Below, one piece after another: positions 1 through 13,055 of a stretch of 64,000 bases of DNA. This DNA is from Adineta vaga (Eukaryota; Animalia; Rotifera), in contig CP075493.1 of NCBI GenBank assembly GCA_021613535.1, forward strand, positions 2,232,001 through 2,296,000, in the 5' to 3' direction. The notes beneath the pieces are model-generated. The model was not told the DNA's origin. It ran no database searches and saw only the letters and a program-made list of their open reading frames with translations. The position numbers were made by a program, and so were the translations under genes. Every line of letters begins with the position of its first letter. Within the stretch, counting starts at the first letter, position 1.

Positions 1-51
1 TTTCCATTGATTGATCCATATCTTTCGTTTTTTATTGTTGTTGTTTTTCAG

Positions 52-1139
52 TTTGAACAACAATTAAATCAAAATAAACTTTTAAATGATGATCTTCGTC
101 ATTCAAAACTAGAAACAAGTAATTTACAACGAACTTTGAATGATTATCAAATCATTAGTCGAGATCGTGATCGTCTACAAGGCATTGTTGCTGAATTAGA
201 AGTTCGTATTTCTTCAAAATTTGATTCTCTATATATTCAGTTTTTCTTCTGTAGAAAGAAATGAAAATACTTCGACACGACTCGAAAACACAAGAAGTTC
301 GATTTAATGAAGTTCAACTTCTTCGTAATAAAGTAATGTTTAATATTCATTGAAATTCGTCTTGTTTTATGACATTTCATTTTAGTTAACGGATGAAAAA
401 GGTGTTTTATTAAAAGAATTAACACGTTTAGAAGCTTTATCAAAAGAATATGAACGCGAATTGGATGAACTTCGTCTTGCACTACGTGAACGAACGGATG
501 TATTACAATTAAAAGATCAAGAATTAACTGCTTTACGAAAGAAAGAACAAACTTTTCGAAGTACAGCTGATAATTTACAAATCAAATTGGATACAGAATT
601 ACTTCGTAATCAAGATCTTGATGGACAAGTAAGATGCAACTATCGAATGAGATCTTCTATGAAGAATATTCCTTTCTAGCTTAAACAATTACAACGACAA
701 TTAAATATTGAAATTCAAACTGCAGTGACTGCTAAACGTGAATCAAATGAATATGAAATTCGTAATGTTCGTTTACAAGATGAAATCAATGCACTTTTAC
801 GTGAAAAAGATCAATTAACAAGTCGTATTAATACATTACAACAACAAGTATAACTATTCATTGATTGGATTTTTTTCGTTCGATTCATTCATTATTCTTA
901 TTTCTTTTCATTAGTTACTCAATGAAGAACATTTAACAAATAAATTGCGAATTGAAATGCAAGAACTTGAAGATCGAGTTAAAGAAATTGATCGTTTGAA
1001 ATCCTTAGAAGATTTAATTCAATCACAACGTTGGGATGATATGTCACAAATGGCTCAAACTATGCAAACAGTTAGTCGAACAATGGCACGAGCAACAAGT
1101 CCAACACCTCTACGCAAAAAACGAGTTGAATTACCGTGA
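52..1139 (+). CDS. 3' part of a long coiled-coil protein (5' end lies outside the window)
   Basis: Exons 52-201, 255-332, 386-628, 680-847 and 915-1139 join in frame across GT-AG introns. The product is heptad-rich in E/L/Q/R/K and ends ...QSQRWDDMSQMAQTMQTVSRTMARATSPTPLRKKRVELP*. Confidence 0.8.
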
Positions 1140-4100
1140 AATATTTCTCAGAAACAACTTCATCGTTTACTTTTTATATCTTTTTTAATTTGTATTCATG
1201 TGTGTGTGTGTTTTCAAATTAGTTTCAATTTAGTTTTTAAAGTCATTTCACACCTATAAACTAGTTTAAATAATAATTCATTAAAATTTTATAGACACAT
1301 CGCTTTTTTTTCTCACATTGATTCTATATGTTCTTATGCATGTTCATAGAAAAATACATCTACAAAACGATCATCTGTGCCTTTCTTTCATCTGCATTTA
1401 GTATAACAAATAATCATGAATAAACCATTTGGTGTCGACATGTGCATGTGTGTATCGAATAGCAATTGTGTGTGTGTGTTTCTTATCCATCTATGAATAG
1501 AACAACAATAAAAAAGATTGTTGCATGTCACTTGTCGTCTTCATTGCCTGTTATTTTTTAGTCTAACTCTTTTCTTTCTTTTTTCTTCGTACTCTATGCT
1601 CAGGAGAACATTCATCAGCAATCGAACTGTCATGGTAATCCGCGCTCATTTTACTCTCTCAAGAGACTCAAGTCTTACATGACATGCGCACCAATATTAC
1701 ATCCTATACTCAACCCAATCAATCAGCTGAATAGAGATGAAGACTTGAATATATATGAGATGTCTCTTCATCAAATGATGATGATGAGGATGAGGATGAG
1801 GATGATAATACAGTAAGAAAGAGAAAAAGGCGGAGTATTTCTCTATCGCAGATAAATTGAAATAAGTGTCGAGAATTGTCATAACTAATGAGTTGTTTAT
1901 TGAGGAGAAACAATCGAAAAAGGATTTACTCAATGTATAGATATTTAATCTGTACATGATGGAAGATAAAAAAGAAAAAGAAGAAAAGACCGAACGGTAT
2001 ACATTTTTCTATGTATTCTATTGATGGAAACGATCAATTTCCTTTTCTATCACCTTCATCATATGCACTTCATTTCTCTAACAAATAACTACAAAGTGTG
2101 CGAATACATTCAAGTCGGAAACGTTTGTCAAATATGATTTGCTCATTCTGGCACAAACTATTCACACACGTATTTTTAGTCTAGGTCAATGAAAATAAGG
2201 TATATTTATATGTGAATTGAACGGATATTCTTAGCATGATTCGATATTAATATATAAAAGTGAACGACACCTTTCTCATTTCCTTTTTTAATGATCGAAA
2301 GAAAAGACAATTTCTGGTAGATACCTATGAATTTTTTTATTAATTCGATTTCCAACCGTGTTACGACTCATGTGTTGCTCTTTTACACAGTTAGATATTT
2401 GCCAAGAAGAAAGTCAATTGAAAATTAGTTCATTTTGTCAATGAGAAAAATGTTATGACATTGAGTCTCACTCACAGCAGTCGCACATACAATTGCTATT
2501 GAGAGTTCATTATACCAAAAAGAAAAAAAAAGTACACCTCCCTTCTAGCTCCTAATGAGATACTCAACAACATGCGTTCAAACATCTGTCTATCATATTT
2601 ATGTCAAAATCAAATTCAAAAAATATCCATATGAGAAATGCCAAACAAAACCTTGTATGTTGTTATTCGAGTATTGATTCATTCGAGCATTTCTTATACA
2701 AATAATTCTCTACTAGATTACCACATTGTTCACATCGTTTACGCTTGAAAGATACATAAAAAGCACTCACACTTATCAAATAGATTATCATAATTAATCT
2801 TTGAAAATATCATTTCAAAGCTCAAATATAGAATTAAACGATTGAATGTTGTAGCTAAGAAAATGAAGGATCTTTCGTTTTATTATTGTAATAAACATTT
2901 GTTGATTATATAAAGAAATAATCCTTGATCATTATTCTTTTAACTGTTAAATAGATTAAGCGAAAGAAAAGCTAACAGTAGCTTGCGGCTATCTCATCCA
3001 TTATGCAGACAAACAGAATCCCTTTTTTCCACTTGTCAATGTTCAATACCGATTGTTAACCGTCAAACTAAACATATACATATAATACATTTATAAGATA
3101 ATATTTGTCATTCGCCTTAAATAGAAACTGTCGACAATACTTGAATTGCATTAAGCCGTCCCCTTCTTCTTCTTCTCAATCGACATAGACTTGTCAATAT
3201 TTTTATTCTCTGTCATTTTCAGTTTCTTTTTTTTTTAGTTTTTTTCTTCTGAATGAGAAAATTCCCTGAAGGCTGATCCAACAATGACAAAATCAAGGAT
3301 TAAACATGAATGAAATGCGAAAAGAGAAGATACAAAACAAAATATTTGTCAATTGGCGTCTATATTTTCAATCTATTAATGATGATGATCATTGATTAAA
3401 AGTGCACACATTTCACACCTGTTCATTGTTGAATATTCAAGACATAACTTACAATTAGTCTTATTTAAAAATCAACAAGTCGTAAAAACGAAGAGAAACT
3501 TCTTCATTCATTCATCAAGACAAATGATGTTATATGTATTGATTAGTCTATTTATTTAAACGCATGCTGAGATGAACTGCTGTTCTGATTGAATACAATC
3601 GAACGATGATCAAAACTGACTTTAATACAATGTTTGTCATTGCATAGAGAGAGAGAAAGAAAGAAAGAAAGAAACTTGTAGAATTTTAGAAAGATGTTTC
3701 GTAGTAAGTAACATGATCGATGATTGACAAATTTTTTCTTTGAACATCTGGACACGGAAATCAATCTGTCGCTTCACACTGTTGCTTGATGATGATAATG
3801 ATCGGTTGATGTAGTCTAACAAGATTATCATTCATTTCCTTCTATCGCATTCAACGGCACTACAATTTAACACCCAGTGAACGAAGATTTGCGTTCATCT
3901 ATGTCGTTAATCATCCATATATAATAAGACGAAGATCATTCATACAAGTTGTTTTTTTTCTCTCTTTTTCCATCATCTTCAAGATCGAGAGCGTAACAAG
4001 TTCTGCAATGTTCACATTCATCTAATGAAATCTGATTCTCTATTCTGTCTGCCTAGCGGCATATCGTTCTCCTTCTCGTCGACTGATTTATAATCAATTC

Positions 4101-5246
4101 GATTACTTGGAAATTTACCACAGATTAATGCCTTTAGCAGACATACACTCTTGTCTTAGTTAGATAGATGATGAGTTCTTTTTCTTATTCTTTTCTTTAC
4201 TTGTTCAGACATTAGTACTTGTTCTTCTTTCTTACACGCCGGATAATTATCTCTGTCAGCGTCGTTTTTTTCTTATTCGCTCAGATCTTATACCAGTTGT
4301 TCGTTGAATTCTTCAACAATAACACAATCTTCATTATCTCATCATACACGCCCCGAGGAGATGAAACATGAACACGATAGATGTTTCTCTTTCTCTCTCT
4401 CTCTCGCTCTTGTTCTAGAAAATATCACTTTTCTTCGACTGACAAAAACCTAAAGTGATAGACATCATGATAATAATGTCAATCATTATTTTATCGAAAC
4501 ATACGTTTATTCACGTAATTAATCGATTTCATCAAAAGACATGACAGCTGTATAAAAAACTCTATTGTTAGATTTTGAAGAAAATATATTCATCGAAACA
4601 AACTGTTTACAATTAAGATATGTCGATTGATCTTATCCTTGATTGCACGCTATATCATCAACAATCTGATTCGATGTACCAATCGGTTGACTAAACATGT
4701 GTCTTTTCTTTCTCTCTGTCTGTCTCGAACCAATCATCAATTAAAGATTTGAAATAGATGTTAAAGAAAACAATGAAGAGTACTTTCCTTTTAATCGCAT
4801 ATCATTGATAAATATTCAGTAGATCATCTGGTTATCGACATGTTTATTCGTGCGAATCGGATAATTACAAAAAAGCAAAAGAAACAAGCCGCATATTGGA
4901 AGATCTAATACAAACATATGTTTATATATGTCTATCAACTGGCATTCGAGAGTAATGATAACATTGAGGGTTTTTGTTTCTTTTGCGCATCATAATTGAT
5001 ATTTTATTATTTTGTTCAAAAGACAGAAAAAGAAAGAAAAAAAAATGAGAGAAAAGCTAAGGTATATGAATAGCAAACAACAACAACAACAATAAGTAGA
5101 ACAACAACAGCAGCAGCAGCAACAACAACAAAACGAAAAATCACTGAACAAAAAGAAAAATAATTAAATACAAAGTTCTCCGCTACCGAGAGAGCACCGG
5201 GAGATGATTTTTTCTTCTGTTTTCTCTTCAAAAGATTTATGTCTCT

Positions 5247-6216
5247 TTAGTTTGTTGAAGAGTCAGGTGAGGAGGGCGGAGAATAACTACCAGCACCTAA
5301 TCCATATTGTTGTCGATTCTTGGCTTGTGCTGCTCGATCACGTTGTCGACGATTTTTAAACCAATTACCAACTTGTGTTGGTGTTAAGCTTGTTGCTTGG
5401 GCAAGTTCACGTTTTTTGGCCGGATTTGGATATGGATCTTGTAAATACCATTCTCTTAATAATGAACGTGTTCGTTCTTTGAAACAATGTGTTTTCTGTT
5501 CACCATCCCAAATAGTTCGTGGTAATGGATATTTCTTTCGTACACGATATTTATCGACCTAAATAAAAAATATTTATTTAATGAATCAAACTAAAACAAA
5601 AACGTATTCTTACTGGTCCAAGCGGTCTGCCACGTAATTTTTCTGCTTCTTGATAATGTGCCTCCATCCACATTGCTTGTAGTTTTGCATGTGAATCACG
5701 TGTATATTTATGATTTTCTAATAAATGATACAGTTCGCGATAATTACCCAAATGAAATGCTACTAATGCCCGTGCCCGAAGTATACTTTCATGTTGTCCT
5801 AGTAAATTTGCTGAACCAGGTGCAATTTGTAATGACCAAAGAAATCTTCCTAGTCGGTCAATATCACCACTTTCTTCTAATGATTCACATACACGAGCAA
5901 TTTGTTCAGTAGAAAAATTGACTGCTGGTAAAATAGGTGGTGGTGGAGGAATAGGAAATAAACCCATACTATACATTGGTAATAGAGAACTCAGAGAACT
6001 ATTGGAGAAAAGTGCAGCTGCAGCTGCAGCATGTTGCTGTAAAAATGACGGAGATAGATGAGACGTATTATTGGTTATTGGTGTTGTCGATGATGATGGT
6101 GTTGGTGATCGTGAGCGACGAGATATCGGTGAACGAGAACGAGATCGAGATCTTGTTGAACCGGCTGAGGAAGATTTTGATGATGTAGAGGAAGATCGAC
6201 TGATTGTTGTTTTCAT
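5247..6216 (-). CDS. SIX3: Six3/6 (optix-class) SIX homeobox transcription factor
   Basis: Exon 6216-5614 encodes the SIX domain ([30 protein letters not shown]...[15 protein letters not shown]). After a 55-nt intron (5613-5559), exon 5558-5247 gives [79 protein letters not shown] is diagnostic for the Six3/6 subfamily. The start codon (MKTTISRS) is the most likely choice but is not certain. Confidence 0.96.
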
Positions 6217-9200
6217 TTTACGTTGTTTAGGCGATGATGATGATGAAGATGATGTTGGAACAACGTCCGCATTCGCTAATAGCGAATGTGGAGTTGGTAA
6301 GAAACTCTTGAAGGATAACGTTTTGATAATTTTCGATAACAGTAAGAGAAGAAAAATGAAACTATAAAGCAAAAAGAAAGAAATAAGTTTGTTTATAAAA
6401 AAAAGAAACGAAATAAAAAGAAAGAAAAAATGAAACAAACCTGTTTTAATTTATTTGATGGTTATCTTCTTTTTTGTTTGGGAAATCAATTAAACATTGC
6501 AATAGAAAAAAACGATACGATTATCAACTATTAGTATCACTTGTCGTATGTATATCGATGAATCCCTCTCTATGGCCTTTCTCTCTGCTTTTTAATGCAA
6601 TGTACCGTTAAACGTTGAGCGAGGTAGTGAATATATATTTTTTCTCTTTTCTTTCTCTCTTCTTCTCTTTTTTTTCGAACTCGCACGCAGGTTGGATGTA
6701 TATCATTTTCTTCAATAATGTATAGAGTGTCTCTATGTCTTAATGTTGTTCTTTCTCGCTTCTCTTTTTCTCTCGATTTTTTTTCTCTTCTTCTCGTTCG
6801 TCGTCGAATTGAGTTTCAGTATCATTTCTTTTCATCACACTGTTTTCTTTTCTCTTCTCTCTATTTGCCTTTGCATTATAATATAAACTGTAAGACAGTC
6901 ATCGCCTAATCAACGCATAGACGAAACGAGACGATTCTCTTTTTTTTCTGTCTTACTTACGATTGGTGCTCGATTACCAATTTTCTTTCTTTCTCTCCTT
7001 CTCCCTCTCTTTCTTTTTCTTCCTTTTTCTTTACTCGAACTCGACTATTACAAGTAACAACATTCTAGATCAGAACAGAAAAGGTTAATTAAGGTACGAA
7101 TCAATACTTCTTTCTTTTTCATCACAACGTTCTTGTCTTCTAGCGTTGTCGTTGAAAGGAATGAATAATTAGAATGGTCACGATTGGTGGTATAATGAAA
7201 TAAATAGGACAACCAATGAAAAATAAGAATGAATATAAAGAAAAAAAAAGACGAAGACGAAGAAATAGAAATAGATCTCGTTTTCCTTCTGTGATAATCT
7301 ATATGTAAAATAACGAGCAGAAAATGATCATGACAAATAAATATATGTACATATACAATATTATTATAGATCGAATGAGTAGATCATGCTGATTGGGAAA
7401 GAAAAGGGAGAGTTCTCTTTCTCAATTAGTCCTATGAACTGATCAACACAGCAAGTTCCCTTCACACCTCACTACATATTTGTCTATTTTCTTGGTTCAA
7501 CTTTGACACTTGTCAGTATACAATTTACACTAATTGCAATCTTGCTTTTGTCATCATCTTCTTATTCGACTTAAATCTTCTCGTCACTTGACAAATTTTA
7601 TATGCTCTATTTGATTGAAATAGCATCGGTCTAGAACAGATTGTCTATGCTTTAAATCTTTGATGAGAATTTCTAGCGGTACCTTTCGTCATTCTTTGTT
7701 TAAGTAAAAACGAGAGAAAGAAGGAAAAAAATCAAGTGTTGTGTTTGTTTCGTCAACATTATGTGAGTGAATTATGAATTAAGACAATTACTTGCCGTCA
7801 ATACACAAAAGACAAACGGACAATGTCATCTGTCGTTCAAACATACATCTTTCTTCTTTCACTTTTAAACGTTCTCAGCATTAAAAAAGTAAGCAATAAG
7901 AAAAGGCTTCTTTCATCGAAACAATAACTTAAATAAAAACTATCAAATAGCATTTCTAATTCTTTCTCTCTTTCTCGTTGTCGTTCTTTTTTTTGTTACT
8001 TCAAAAAGTTTCCTTCAACAAACAAATACTCCGTATCTGTACACAAGAAAAGAAAAAAAATTTTTTTCTTGTCTAAGTCAAGTGTGTCTTTTGCCTAAAT
8101 ATATTCATTCATACAAATCATCCGAGTTCATATAAACGTTAATTACACACATCCTGACATTTGATTATGTCGTGCGTGTATGTTATCTTATGGACAATCA
8201 CCTCTCTCCTTTCGTCTCATAGGCTATAATTTACTATATTCATCTATATTGATTGGCCACGTATATATATGCCGAACAATTGAAGTTTGATTCGTGTAAC
8301 AAATTGCCCATACTTCTCTCGTTTTTTTCTTTGCTTTCTTCAATCAATCGTTTTATAGTATTCGATATGCATGTCACCTTCGAAGAAATATTTCTAAGGA
8401 CGCATGACATCGAATCTATCAACTAGTTATAAATAGAATAATATCCGATTAAAGAAGCTTATCAAATCAGTCGTTTAGTTGTCATGTTTGAAGAAAATGT
8501 TCCTTTTTTTTCTCTCCACAATCGAAGAAATTTGAAACGTTGATAAGGAAAAAGAAAGAGAGGTTATTTGAAAATTCAGCAAAAAGAAAAATCAAGTTGA
8601 GGAGTAATGTTGATTTTAAACGATATTCTAAACAGAGAAAATTGAAGACAATCACTTCAGTTTAGTCGAAAGAAAAGCTGTTTGAAATAATAACAAGTGT
8701 GAGACGTGAAAGCGCACAGCATGAGGGAGAGAAAATATAATCATTTTAAAAGCGTCAATTTCTTTATTTTCACGAGAAATATCTACATTGATCAATTAAC
8801 ATTACTCAACAAAACTTTTCTAATGAGTTCAAATAAAAATAATAATAATTATTATTATTATTGTATACTCAATAGCATCAAAAGAAATGTTAGTAGTTTG
8901 ATTCTAACGATTCAAGGAAAGATTTATTATTGATATCTTGAAAGAGTGTAGTACAATGGTTTGTTATAATTGATGAAACTTTGATTCAATGCTTAGACTA
9001 CCTAAAATACGATGGCCAATTGTAAAGATCTGGTTCAAATCTTGTCAAGAAAAGCAATAGAAATTCTTTGTGAACGAACATTCGAACGCAAGTTTCAGGA
9101 AATGACAGTTACTCCCGATTATTTTTAACATCAACATTTCCATTCATAAATTCGCCAGTCACTGCCTGTCAAATTACTTATATTATGATAGACATTTTGC

Positions 9201-11473
9201 TAATTGTTCCCTGATGTGACAGAACATGTCGATCAGATGTTCGTCTGTTATTTGTCAATAAATCAAGTTTAGAACAATCAATACTTGAATAATATCATTA
9301 AACAATTAAAAATAATGTCAATCGTCTTTTAATAAACTGAGAATATTCATAAATTGATTGAATACTACTGATTTGTATTTTCACTAATTTCTCTCAATTA
9401 CAACATGGATGCAGTACATTTCAAAAAGACTTTACTTTGTTGCATTAAAAATTAGAATAGGAATAGTTTCTTTAGAACAGATTTGTGCATATTTTTAGTT
9501 TACTTGATCAATTGTAATCGAAGATGGTATTTACAATATGTAAACGAGATTTCTGATGATAAATTATATTGATCAATTTAATATTAAGTGAAATATAGTT
9601 TTTTTAATAATATTCAATCCATCGGAATATATTGACACAGAATTCATTATAAAAAATAATTATGGAAAAAAAAACAGTTTCAATATTTCGCATGTATATT
9701 TCTTTTTTGTATAATGAATGAACAAAGTAAGAATATTTGTCTTCAATTTAATAAAATTACATGAAGTTTATATGACATTCAAATCAGCAACAAAACAAAA
9801 GGAGATTTTTCAATATCGATTAATTTCAAAATACATATTGAAGGAATGATTGGAGAAAATAAAAGAAGCTTAGTATTCAAAAGCCCTAGGAACACTTTTG
9901 AGCACACTTCACGGGCTATCAATTGTTTCGAAAAACAGTAATTTTGTTGTATAAATCTGTTTCTATCCCTAAGCAATAGATGTTTTGGTGATGCACTGCA
10001 TGATTCACATTAAAAATAGTGTCTACTAGTCGATTATATAGGTTTCAGAGATTTCAAAAGGCTTTGATGGCTAAGCTATGTTGAGATACAGAATGATGAC
10101 TAAAGGTATCTACGAAATCAAAGCTTAGACTTTTCTGTTATTTTTGACCAAACCACATCCGTTTTGTAGGATGCCTAGGAGAATTTCTCTAAATTTCTTC
10201 CCTATTCGCCCTCAACAAAACATCGTAAAACAAAAGCAAGCTTCTGATCGATCTGTCCATTATTTTGGTTTATTTAAGGCATCAATACTCTACTCCAACG
10301 GTTGTTTGATCAGGAGCTCATCAGAAACCACTATCGGAGACGAAGAGTTAACAAAGAGACAAATTCAACAATATATTTTTTACAAATCTAACTTAATAGT
10401 TTATCAATATCTTGAAGAAAATTCTTCTAAACTTCAGATTAAAATATGTCCTACATTATTTTTACTTTCTACTGTAAAAGCTTTCTTTTGTATCAAATAA
10501 AAAGCACATGAGAATCTCTTATCGATTGTAAACTTTGAAATAATAGATGAAGTAGTATATTTTAAAAAGCGATATCTTATCATCATTGTAACAGTGCAGT
10601 TTGCCACGTGATGACGGTAATAACTGACGAAGAATCTAGTAAAAACAATAAGAGATTTTTTTGTATTTTATTGGTATCATGAAAAGTAAATCATAGACAT
10701 CAATCATAAAAGATTCACTTTATGTAACATGTGCAATTCGTTCTAATCATCAATTTTCATTTCTCTCTATCATTTGTGAATTTGTTTCAAGACATCGAGT
10801 AAATCGTATATGTATATACAGTTTTCATCAATAGCAAATAAATCGAAATTTTTATTTATATTAACATCAGTACGAATTCTTTCTGTAACTCTTACGTCAA
10901 TAAAAGTCGAACTATATTGAAAGAACGATCATTTCTTGACCTTTTTAATGTGTTATTCATGATTTTGATGGAATCATATAAAAAAACAACTATTAAAAGT
11001 ATGAATAGTACAAAAGATTTTTTTAATATAAATCAACTTGTTTGTTTCTTTTTGCGTTCTTTATATGCGAAGTAATCTCGTCATTTATATTAAAAAAAAC
11101 AACAACATTACAATCCTCTTATTAATATTTCTAATTTTTCCTTCATTCTGTCTTCTTTTATTTATTTAAGTTATTGCAACAACATTAAAAAAAACCTTCG
11201 ACATCGAACATCAATTGATTAATATGTTAATTTAAACAATGTTTAAAGTATATATATATATATATATACAACCACAACAAGATTTCAAAGACATACATAC
11301 AAAAACGTATACAGAATGTTTTTTTCGAATCATTTTTGAACTTTTAATTTTATATATATATATAGCGAGAATAACATACAACGAGAAAAAAAATCAACTA
11401 CGAAATGAATTATTCAACAAAGAATCTTTGCCAATTTGTATTTCGATGAAGACAAAAACAAATTGTGCTTTGT

Positions 11474-12229
11474 TTATAAATTTTGCTTATGAGCTTCAGC
11501 TTTAACTTCGCTTGTTTTTTCTTGAACTTTGTCTTTAACAGCATCAACAGCAGCACCTGCACGAGTACCAATGGATTGATCGGAATCCTTGGCTACTTCT
11601 TTATTTGCATCACCGCTTACAGCATGTGTTGCTTCGCTAACTTTTTCCGCAACATAATTGTAACTAAAATTAAAACAAAATGTATGAGAAAAGAAAGAAA
11701 AGTATGAATACGTACGCTTCACTAGCTTTTTCTTTGACAGTTTCAACGATACCTTTACCATCTTCGCCACCAGCAACGTAGTTATATCTATAAGGAAGAG
11801 GAAAAAAAGGATTTTTTTAGATTGAAGAGAGAAAACAACTTACGCTTCAGCAGCTTTTTCTTTGACGGTTTCGACAATACCTTTAGCTTCTTGTTCAGCA
11901 CTTTCCTTGTTGGCTTCTTTTGAAAGTTCATTTTTTTTTTCATCAACTTTGTCTTTTACAGCATCAACACCTATTTAAACATAACGAACAGTTTTATGTT
12001 TAATTCTTTGAAACGAAAAAAAAACAAATTTCTTACCATGACTAATACGATCTCCAACAGATCGATCCGAATCTTTAGCAGCAGCTTTGTTTGCTTCATG
12101 GCTAGCTCCAGAAGTTACTTCTGTAAATTAAACATTCAATTTATATTGATTTTCGACATAGAAATTTCGTTCATTACCTGCAACTTTGTCCTTAGCAGCT
12201 TCGGCACCTTTCTTAATAGCATCAGCCAT
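11474..12229 (-). CDS. Tandem Grg1 (fungal glucose-repressible/ccg-1)-like, LEA-like hydrophilin, 174 aa
   Basis: Five exons (12229-12178, 12120-12037, 11970-11844, 11787-11716, 11663-11474; 525 nt) splice in frame. There are two copies of the motif 'S.(E/D)ANK..AKDSD.S.G.R....DAVKDKV.EK', and the protein ends KAEAHKQNL, as recalled for fungal Grg1. It is rich in A/K/E/D and has no W or C. Confidence 0.82.
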
Positions 12230-12481
12230 ATTGTATATTTCTTTCTATTTCTTTAAAGATAAGTAAAAAAGTAAAATTGTATGCGTGTACGTGGCGCGTG
12301 AGTAGAGTATAAAATGAATACAGAACGGTTAATATAGCTTCGACTCATACCCTTGTTTGAATTAGCCGAGAAAGAAATAGATGAATTTTTGCAAAAAATG
12401 GAGAGAGGCTCAACAATAACATTCATGGCTGCAATGAACAACTCTGTATATGATAATGAGTCCGTGTGCACAGATTGCGAT

Positions 12482-12499
12482 ACACGTGTAGACACGTGT
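12482..12499. promoter_or_regulatory. Tandem palindromic E-box/G-box (ACACGTGT x2) upstream of the Grg1-like gene
   Basis: ACACGTGT at 12482-12489 and 12492-12499 (10-bp period), about 250 bp upstream of the ATG. A further TACGTGGC lies at about 12288. Confidence 0.4.
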
Positions 12500-13055
12500 A
12501 TGGTTAAACTATCAGATCAAGCAAGAGGAGAAAAAAAAGAAAAGAAAAATAGCTATGCAACTGTCATCATTAATCATTGGTAAATAGAAAGGAAAGAAAA
12601 ATTGATGAATTAAAAGATATATATCGAATCAAGTGCATTTATAGAAAATGATTAGTAGATTTGTATTTTGATGTTGTTTTTTAAAGAAAATATTTCATTT
12701 TGAATGACATACATACATATTTATTTATTGATTTATTGATTCATTCAATGTTGATTTTCATCTAGACATTTTATGCTAACAAGATACAAGAATAGTAACA
12801 AACATAGAAGAAAGAAAGAAAGAGAAGAAGAAAAAAATACAAGCGATAGATAATCGATTTCTATCATTTATATCTGTCCAATATATACATGAACATTGAA
12901 CATGTTTTGTCGTGAATTTTGTTGAAGATATATATATATATATTCGAAGAAAATAATATTATCTGACGTGTTGAAAGAGAAGATATCTGAGAGAGAAGAG
13001 AAGAAAAAGAAATCACACATACACATAGGTATTCATCGAGATTGAAAAATGTTAT

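Noticed and set aside
1600-1655. Possible miR-281/miR-46-like seed (TGTCATGG)
   Set aside because: The flanks do not form a convincing precursor hairpin; only the seed matches.
5320-6367. Plus-strand ORFs 5320-5562, 5658-5912, 5976-6188 and 6071-6367
   Set aside because: Antisense shadows of the Six3/6 coding exons.
8190-8201. 10-nt match to the start of miR-219 on the minus strand
   Set aside because: The match does not extend and no hairpin is evident.
9779-10500. ORFs 9779-9976 and 10144-10500 in slightly GC-richer DNA
   Set aside because: No recognisable domain or splice structure. They could be an old TE relic, but I cannot support that.
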